The notes beneath the pieces are model-generated. The model had not been told where the DNA came from and did not search any database. It saw only the letters and a program-made list of their open reading frames with translations. A program made the translations under genes and the position numbers. From IMG/VR virus record IMGVR_UViG_3300028666_000022, positions 1 through 64,000 of that record: a DNA stretch of 64,000 bases; one strand, given 5' to 3'. The first letter of the stretch is position 1. Every line of letters starts with the position of its first letter. This document shows positions 54,971 to 64,000 of the stretch, one piece after another.

Positions 54971-57175
54971 GAATAACAAAAATTAAAAATTTAAAAGCTA
55001 TAATGGTAATTATATCATAATTATTGTTATGGCTTTTGTTATTAAAAATGTAGGTATGAAATTTGAAAACTATATAGCAATTGATCAATTAGATAATATT
55101 TTATTTGATTATTTTAAAATATCGAAAGAAACCACATATAGTTTAGATAGATTTATTAATACTGAATTATTAATGGAGCTAAGAAATGAATTAGAAGATC
55201 AATTAGAAATTGAAACATATGAAAAATATTGTATTATTTGAAGAATTAAATTCTAAGCTTATTATTGATGATGAATTAACTACATTAAATAATAAACTAA
55301 AATTTAATTTAAAACAAGCAATTAACCATCAAATTTTTGATGAATCATATTATTCATTAAGAAAAGAAATTATTAATGAATAAGAATAACATGAAAAATA
55401 CTATATTAAATAATAATTTGGATTATTCTTTAGATGGAGAATTACCAACAATATTAGTTGAAAATATTCACAATATATTAATGTTCGATGTTTTAATTAT
55501 TGATTTAGATATATTATTTTAATATGAAAAATATTGAAGCAGGAAATGTTATTACAGAAAATTCAATTTTTATTAATTTAATATTAATATCTTCTGATTT
55601 ATATAATACTTCGTGGAATGAACTAGATATAAAATTAATTAAATCAACTAGTTCTGATGATGAATTTAGAGGTGATCACATGAAAGAATTAAATGATGAA
55701 ATATCAGAAGAATTATAATAATATGAAAAATACAATATCTGTTGATGCATTAGATTATGTATTAACAAAAAAATATTTTGATGATATTTTATCTCAAAAA
55801 TTATCAATAAAATTATTTGGAGAAATTAATGAAAAATTATATGTTGAATTATTTACTGAACTAAATTTGGGTTTAGATCCAACAATTGGTTCAATTTTAG
55901 AAATATGATTATTGTAACAAAATGCATTTATTATTCGTATATCAAAAGATAAAAATATAAAACTATGAAAAATATTGAAATGGATCGGTGTGACATCATA
56001 GGAATTGAATTTCTATTAATGTCAACATTAAAAAATAATATATTTATTAATAGTAAGAATGCTTTATATTATGAAACAAAAAAAATTTTTATTTCTAACT
56101 TTAATGAAGATTTGGATATTATTCTTCGTGATGAATTACATAATAATCTGTAACAAAATCATTCTTTTATTCGTATTATAAACCAAATTTAAAACACAAA
56201 TTTTATGAAAAAACAAGGCATTTATATTGAGAAACATTCAAAAACACAAACCAAGAAGTTATATAATAATGGTTATCTCACAATAAGATATTTGTTTCAG
56301 CCACATTCAATTAATTTCAAAAATGAAATGATTAATGATGACAATCAACATTTTTGTGGTGGATATAGTGTTAATAATATGGATTTATCTAACGATGCAC
56401 TTCTTAATCGAGTATTAGTCGGTAAGAAACCAATGGGTGTTATTTATGAAAGAGATGATGAAAAATTATATAATTATTTTAAAAATATTGACATAACTAA
56501 ATTTTTTGTTGAAGTATGTAAAAATACAATAACAAATTATAATTATATCATTGTTGCTTACAAAGGTAATTTTGATGATCTTTTTGATTTAGAAACATTA
56601 AAATCTGATTACAAAAATAGTGGAATTGATATAGATTTAAATGAAGTCAAAGGAAAAACACTCAAAGATTTTTTTGAAACTTGGGATGACAATCTTTGGA
56701 TTACTGGATTAATGTTAGGATATCCAATTGAAAATACTATTTCAATTTATAAAGATGGTGTGAGATGAAAACATTAAAAGTTAAATTTAAATATAGGTTA
56801 TTGGGACAATATTTTCCAATGATAACACAAGAATTAGTTAATGTTGAAAGTGATTCTAATGAAGAAGAAATGCAACAACAAATTAATTTTGCATATAAGG
56901 AATTTATTAAATATATTGGTAATAATGTTGTTGAAATATATCCATACGAAATTCTTTAAAATAAAAATTATCATGAGAAACTACGATAGGGATTGGTTTG
57001 AAAAATATGATGAACCGGGAAATAAAATTCTCAATCTAATTGGATTTGATGAAAATGATATTGAAATTTGTCATGAATATTTATGTGACAAAGATGATTG
57101 TAATTGTTCTGGACATTGGAAGGTTGGTAATGATAAAAATGTTCACACTTGGATTGGTCGACCTGTTTAAAAATA

Positions 57176-57233
57176 TTTTCATAATTATTTGGTTTAAATC
57201 CTTTGAAGCAATAAAATGTTTCAAAGGATTTTT
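57176..57233 (+). ncRNA. Anti-leader element plus terminator, copy 3
   Basis: TTTTCATAATTATTTGGTTT plus an AAATCCTTTGAA/TTCAAAGGATTT hairpin. Confidence 0.5.
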
Positions 57234-57512
57234 GTTTTATGTAACAAATTTATTTATTTTTCGTATAATTTATTTTTAACTAACAAAACTAAAATTATAC
57301 GATATGTTAATCACTAAACTAGATTTAATCGAAGGCATAATAAACATGACCTTTGCTGATTCAATACCTAAGAGAAAGTATAATAAAATGATATTGAGAC
57401 TTTCAAAAGAAAGTAATTTTCTTTTAGCTGAGTCATATTATAAATCGACTGGTAAAAGATTAAGGCCAATCATGCATGACATTTTTATTGATGAATGATT
57501 TTTTATTATGTT

Positions 57513-57541
57513 TGTAACAAACCAAATTATTTTTCGTATAT
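57513..57541 (+). promoter_or_regulatory. Representative ECF-type promoter TGTAAC-N16/17-CGTAT
   Basis: TGTAACAAACCAAATTATTTTTCGTATAT, identical at 58391; more than 20 copies in the window. Confidence 0.8.
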
Positions 57542-60161
57542 TTGTTTAATCAAAACAATATTATCATGAAAAAATTACAAAAAATAATAACAATAGATAC
57601 AGATAAAACATACCCAGAAACTTGTCTAATAAAGAAAGGTGATAAATATCATTATTGTTTAGCTGGTGGTGAGTTTAGAAGATTAGTTGCAAATGGTTGG
57701 CAACCTCAAGAATTAATATTAATATCTAATGAAGAAATAAAAGAAGGTGATTTAGTATTATATGAAATGAATAGTATTGAATATGCAACTATTGATTATA
57801 TTGAAGCAAATTCTTATAATGGTAAAATAATTGCAGCATATCCTCAAATTGAAAATCTTCCTTTATTTTCAAAGGAATTTCTTCAAGAATGGTGCAATAA
57901 TCCAGTTGAAAAGATTGGAGTACAATATGATGAGATAAGTACCAAAGTAAATAGAAATGGATTGTTAATTAGGTATATATTAAATTTAACATCAAATAAT
58001 GAAGTAATTTGTAATCTACCTCAAGATTTTAAAAGTGTTAAACTTCTTAAAGAATATTTAGAAGAAACGCCAAAAGAAGAATTAACTAAACATTGGAATG
58101 ATATTAATAAAACAAGATTATATAGTGAAGACGATTTACTTTCTTTAGCTAATTATATTAGTGATAGTAACACTTTTCATTATACCATTAAATCATTAGT
58201 TGAAAACTGGAAAAATCAAAAATGAATATATCAATAAATGATTCAAACAATAATTTCTTTAGAATTTTTGAGATTAAATTTTAAAATATTCTTTGGAATA
58301 ACTTAGACAATAATTTAATTTATTTAGATAATGATGAAAATGTTGATGTTGAAATTGCTATTTCAAGGGAATTAGAATTTTAAAGTATTTTGTAACAAAC
58401 CAAATTATTTTTCGTATATTATATCATAAAACAATTAAAAATTAAATATTATGCAATTTACTGTTACAACCATTAGGCTAAACTCTAACACAAAAGAGTT
58501 TCAGAACACAGAAACAAATAATTTCTTGTTGTGTGAAGAAGTAGTAAAAGAACTAGAACGTATCAATTGTGATGATGAACAATTTGAAAAGTTCTTTTCT
58601 ATGAAAAGAGGTGAAAACATAACAATTGAAACTGTTGATGAAGATGAGAATAAATTGAGGTTTTGTTATATTTTTAGAGTTAGTTGATAAAAAGAAAAAA
58701 CACAAATAATAAAATCATGATACTTGAAAAGAAATTAACAATCGAAGAACAAAATGAGATATTAGGTAATCTTTTTGGATTCCAATTAAAGGATTACGAA
58801 AACGATGGACGTTTTATTTTGTATGATGAAGAAGGACTTGAGTTTTACGGAAAAGATTCGAATTTAAAATATGATTTTTCAACCCTTTCGGGAATATTTC
58901 ATTATGTTAATCAAATTGGCATAGAAAGAGGTGAATATAATAAACAACTAGAAATAAAAAGAGCATTGGGTTTGTAACAATTAGAATTTGTTTACGTATA
59001 ATATTGTAAATTAAACCAAAAACATTATGAAAACAACTGAAAACGAATTTAAAACCAATATTGAAACTTCGATTCAAAAAGAAATTAATGAAGCATCTCG
59101 AATTTTTGGTTATGAAAAGAAATTGATTATAAAAACAGCTAAAGAAATAGTTAAAGAAAATAATCAAGAATTAGAAGCTATTCATATTAGTTTAGCTATT
59201 ACTAAATTAGAAAAACAAAGAAGTGACATTCAATTAAAAATAAAAGAAAATATAAAACGAGTTGAGAGTATTCCTTATGAAACTCATTTAAAAAATTATG
59301 AGAATGCAATATCTGAATTAACTAAAGAAACAACTGTTGAAGGATTAAACAAATTATATTCTGAAATAGTCAATAAGCAAGAATTTATTGATATACCAGT
59401 TAATTTACAAATTGATTTAGCTGATGAAACAGATGAACTAGAACAAAAATTAATTAATCCGACAAAAGAAAGATATTATACTCTGTTTGATGAAACTGGC
59501 TACATTGTTAGAGATTCTCACGATAATAATAAAATTGTTTTCAAAGGTAAACATGTAAATGGTAATGACGCTAAGAAATGGGCCTACGAACATAATAATA
59601 AAATCGTTTAAATCATGAATAAATTATTTAAAGCAAAGAATAAGAATAATAATTTTCAGTGGGTAATTGCTGAAAATGAAGAACAAGCATATGAAATTTG
59701 CATTAAATCTAAATTTGTAAAAAATATTAATAATTATACATTATATTTAGGTGATAAAGACACTCCTAATTTTTATGAGTATTTTAAAAATAAAAAAAAT
59801 GATATGACTGAAGTAGATAATAAAATTGGTGTTGGTTGTGTTTATATTAATAATGTTTCTTCGGTTTGGAAAGTAATGTGTGTTTAAATTTTAAAAAAAT
59901 AACATGAAAGACGATAACGGTAACACAATTAAAATTAAATCATACACATTGTATTGGCTTAATGGCAAACGTCAAGTAATTAAAGGTTTTGATTTTGTTA
60001 ATGCCTTTACTTTAGCTGGTTACAAACAAAAAGATTTATCTTCGGTTGATTTTACTAAAATGGGAAACTGTAATAAATATGTTTGGAACAAGAAAATAAT
60101 TAAGTGGGAATTAACCGAAAGGGCGAGAATGTATGAACACTTCAAACAAAGTATATAAACG

Positions 60162-60228
60162 TTTTTCATAATTGTTTTGTTTTGGTTTAACTCCCCTTTG
60201 TTTATTGGTTTACAAAGGGGAGTTTTTT
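60162..60228 (+). ncRNA. Anti-leader element plus terminator, copy 4
   Basis: TTTTTCATAATTGTTTTGTTTTGGTTT plus an AACTCCCCTTTGT/ACAAAGGGGAGTT stem with loop TTATTGGTTT. Confidence 0.55.
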
Positions 60229-60509
60229 ATTAATAATTTTGTAACAAATTTGAGTTATTTACGTATTATATTTAAGGATATTAATTTAAACAAAATAATT
60301 TATGAAAAATGTTGAACTAGAATTTAGTTTTGTTAATGATAAAAGAAAGTTATATGTTTGTTATTTACATGCATTTAGAACTGAAGATGGAGAAGCAAAA
60401 CTTACTACAGAATTAAAAACAGGAAATAAAATTTGGATTGATATTTCTGCTTTTACTACTGATGGATCGTTTAAATAATACATTGTAATGAGTTAAAACT
60501 AACGGGTTT

Positions 60510-60891
60510 ATGAAAAATATTGAATATATCGTTGATTTAAATTTTATGCTTCCAAATAAAACAATTAAAATATATTGTATGAATAAAAATTTAACATTTA
60601 AATCATATAAAAAATTAAAAATTAATTTATTTGATGTATCTTATGATGAATTATATTTTGAATTATCAAGAATTTTCGAATTTGAATTAGATTATGAATA
60701 ATGTTGAATTTGAATGTTATTTACTTAATAACATTAAGCTTCCATTTAATTATCCTCTAAATGATATTAATTTGACAAATCATTTATATGTTAATATAAA
60801 AACACAATTATTTGGTACATCATTTAATGAATTATTTTCTGATTTAAATAATGATATTGCTAATGATTTAAATTTAATTTATCGTTTGTAA
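60510..60891 (+). CDS. Two further micro-protein family members (60510-60701, 60694-60891)
   Basis: MKNIE and MNNVE starts; the two are similar to each other (S[YF][DN]EL[YF]..L). Confidence 0.6.
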
Positions 60892-62425
60892 CAAAATGAA
60901 TTTTCATACGTATATTATAGAAACAAATATGTATTAACAATTAAAACAAAAATTTTATGAAAACAAATACTATTGATCCAATAAAGTATTTTGATGATTT
61001 TTCAGATGAAGATTTATATACTATGGCAATGGAATTACAAGAACCATTTATTTCAAATGATGCTTTAATTAGAAAACATTCTGAAATTATCTACGGTAAA
61101 AGTAATTTAGTTAATTTCGTTGGTTTAGGAACAATATTGTGCAAAACATTAGCTTTTAGATTAAAAGAATATTCACCAAATTTAAATGAATTATTATGAA
61201 AAAACAATTTTCTCAATGTTTATTAATGTCGTTAGGACTTACAATAATATTTTTACCAATATTTTTTGGAATGATGTTGAATAAACCCTTTTTTGTTTTT
61301 GGTTTAGTGATTATAATGCCAATTGGATTACAAATTATTAATATAGCAATTAATGATGATATATAATACTTAAACAAACAAATATCTGATCTTGAAGAAA
61401 GAATTTCGGAATTAGAAAATGAAGATTAATACAATGTGCAACAAATAAAAACTAAAATTATGGTAAGTCCAAAACTCTTCGAATCCCAGAAAACATCATG
61501 TTCTTGCTGTGGAGAACAAATGGAAAAAAATAATTGTTGTACCTATGAAAATGTATTGTATTGTGATAATTGTTTAAAAACAATAATAAAAAATGATCTT
61601 CAAAAATTAGAACAAAAAGTAAGTGAAGCAGAAAAGTTTGTAAGTTTAATTTATCCAATAAAATCAACTAATGTTTCATCTATTGACGATGTGATGTCAG
61701 GAACTACAATTAACATTAATCATTAAAAATAATTTTTATGAAAAAACAAACTTTATTTGCAATCGTTTGCGGTATTATGTTTGGTAACCTTACCAATGCA
61801 ATTGGACTTTCAATATTAAATCCCGGATTTTGGATTATTGTTCTTCTTGGTTCAGTACTTATGAATATCATTTATTTTAAATGTAAAAATTAGAATTCTT
61901 GTAACAATTGCAAGGATTTTTACGTATATTATATCATTAATAATTTAAAACCAAAGTCATGCAAATAGAAGTAATAAAACAAATTGATGGTGAAAACAGA
62001 GAAACATATAGATTTAATATGTTTGATACAATTGCTGTTTTAGTTAGATATTTTAAAGAAAATAAACCAAAGGGCAAAAGAACATGGAAAATTGTAGCAT
62101 TTTGGGATACATATAATACTAGAGAATCTAAAATTGAAGAACCTGAGTTATCAGAATCAATTAGAAACGAAGCTTTAAATGAATTGTTTAAACTTTGTCA
62201 AGTAAAGACATGGGCAGAATGGAAATCTAAATAAAGATATTATATGATTAATGATTATATTAGTTTAAATTATTGTTATAAAATTGATGGTGAAATTTAT
62301 AGAAAATTAGATTTTGAACTAGAATTTTCGTTAAATGTTTATTTAACAAATTCGTTAATTAATCAATTGCGCATTGAATTTGATAATGATTTAACTTCTG
62401 CTTTAATTAATGTAATGGAATAATT

Positions 62426-62953
62426 ATGAAAACATTAATCAATTTTTTTAAAAATATTTTTTGTGACATTGTTATTTTCATTCCTGCTCCAAAACAAATT
62501 TATTTTAAAATAAATACATTAAAAGATGTTCAACGGTATTTAAATAGTATTATATTCATCAACTCTGGTGGTTGTGGTATTGCTGCATTAGCAATGTTTA
62601 AGTGGCTTAAGAAAAACAATTTGATTGAAGAAAATACAACTAATTTTGTATTTCTATATAAATCTGACGATGGAACAGACTATTTAAACAATTCCTCTGT
62701 TTTAAAACAAAAATCAGGAATACCAGTAGCTCCAGCACATGTTATTTTATTTCATAAAGGTAATTATATTGATTCTGAAGGCATTGTTGAAGTTAACGAA
62801 TATCATTGGTTGCAAAATGTTAATGAAGAAAACTTTGTTGTAAGAGCTAATAATAATTTATTCACATGGTGCGGTTTCTTTGATAGAAACAATATTAAAG
62901 ATATTGAGAAAATGTTAGAAATTGATATGGACGATATTTTGATATTAAACTAA
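62426..62953 (+). CDS. Hypothetical protein with a GGCG..H..D pattern (possible papain/transglutaminase-like fold)
   Basis: INSGGCGIAA...AHVIL...YIDSEG. Confidence 0.4.
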   Translation: MKTLINFFKNIFCDIVIFIPAPKQIYFKINTLKDVQRYLNSIIFINSGGCGIAALAMFKWLKKNNLIEENTTNFVFLYKSDDGTDYLNNSSVLKQKSGIPVAPAHVILFHKGNYIDSEGIVEVNEYHWLQNVNEENFVVRANNNLFTWCGFFDRNNIKDIEKMLEIDMDDILILN

Positions 62954-64000
62954 GAATGTAACAAAATAAAATTATTTTCGTATAATATTTAAACGATAAA
63001 AATAATCAATATGAAAATAGTATTAAATAAATGTATGAATATCAACGAAATGGTTAATACTGTTAGTTCTTTTTCTAATATTGATACTGCTTTAGATATT
63101 ATTAATAAATTTAAACTGAATGAAAAAGTTGTTTTAATTTGGCATAATAATAAACTTATATTAAAATAAATCATGGAAAAATTAACTGAATCTCAAGAAA
63201 ATAATCTTAAATGGTTAGAAGATTTTAGTGGAGCTGAAAAAGAAGTTACTTTTTCAGATGTTTCTAATATTAGTGATGCAATGAATAATATGTTTTTAAA
63301 CGCTTATCTATATTTTTCAAGCGAATTAGATTCTGAAGATAGAATTAATGAACTAATCGAAATATATAAATCAGGTTATAAATTAATTTTAAATGATTAA
63401 ATTATGAAAGCTATATTGAAAATCGGTGATACTATAAAAATATCAAATAAAAACAAAAATCATTCAGATAATGATGTTTGTGCCTATGCAAATATGTGTG
63501 GTGTTGTAACCAATATTTGGGAAGATAATTCCTTTGCTTTATGTTGTGGAAATTCAACATTAATTGTACCAATGCGAAATGCGTTTAAGAAAAAAATAAA
63601 GGGTATTTGGATATATTTAAATGAAGAATTATTATTTCATAAAAGCAAATAAATTATATGCAAGAATATATTACCACACATAAAAAAGAAAATAAAAACA
63701 AATATATTTATTTTACACAAAAAGTAGAATTAGGTATTGAGAATGAAATTGGTTATGAATTAATGTGGAGTGGTAAAGTTAGTAAAGAAGAATGGAATTG
63801 GTCACAAGAAATTGCTAATGAACAACCAAATAGAGTAATAATAAATGAAAATAATGTTATTTGTATAAAAAATTAAACATGACTGATTTACAAAATAAGA
63901 TATTAGAATTAATGAAATCTCAAGATGAATATGAAAAATGGGGATTTTGTTGTATGGGATATAGAGAAATTTCAAATATATTAAAACTAGAAGCTATATC

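Larger units (their letters stand above)
50484..56153 (+). repeat. Array 2 of acidic Leu-periodic micro-protein genes (22 members) enclosing the DUF6745-like and QGD genes
   Basis: Members start at 50484, 50663, 50847, 51051; 52309 (GTG), 52473, 52666, 52864, 53053, 53249, 53431, 53607, 53786, 53961, 54150, 54365; 55056, 55219, 55391, 55524, 55723, 55965. Confidence 0.8.

Noticed and set aside
43967-56153. Diversity-generating retroelement or integron as the source of the micro-gene array
   Set aside because: No reverse transcriptase, adenine-specific TR/VR pair, integrase or attC-like repeats are visible in this window.
1-64000. Stop-codon reassignment as the cause of the many short ORFs
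   Set aside because: Long conserved genes are intact in code 11. Micro-ORFs mostly end in TAA, each has its own similar N-terminus, and consecutive ones change frame.

Overview
Very AT-rich window that reads as part of a large lytic phage of a Bacteroidota host. The evidence is TAnnTTTG-type promoters, A-rich leaders without Shine-Dalgarno sequences, a Bacteroidota-type NrdJ, and standard genetic code 11; no structural genes are recognisable here. The left ~30 kb holds nucleotide and RNA metabolism plus auxiliary genes: KamA-like radical SAM enzyme, Rnl1-like RNA ligase, class II RNR with a LAGLIDADG intein, two glycosyltransferases, UDP-galactopyranose mutase, dATP/dGTP diphosphohydrolase-HAD fusion, GMPR/IMPDH, two tRNAs, TnpB and a GIY-YIG endonuclease. 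The right ~34 kb is an early/middle region of small genes with a phage ECF sigma factor and more than 20 matching TGTAAC-N16/17-CGTAT promoters. The main candidate new system is a family of about 44 hypervariable, 33-74 aa acidic Leu-periodic micro-proteins (N-terminus M-x-N-x-E, apparently derived from an (SELx)n repeat). They are packed around a DUF6745-like gene that lacks its usual internal repeat and around that gene's QGD/His partner. Other notable items: a TnpB that carries a recoded copy of its target gene's 3' end (homing-like), an RNR intein ending in Arg-Arg instead of His-Asn, and four 3'-UTR hairpins antisense to the conserved early-gene leader and start codon. Family names come from motif recognition, not from database searches.
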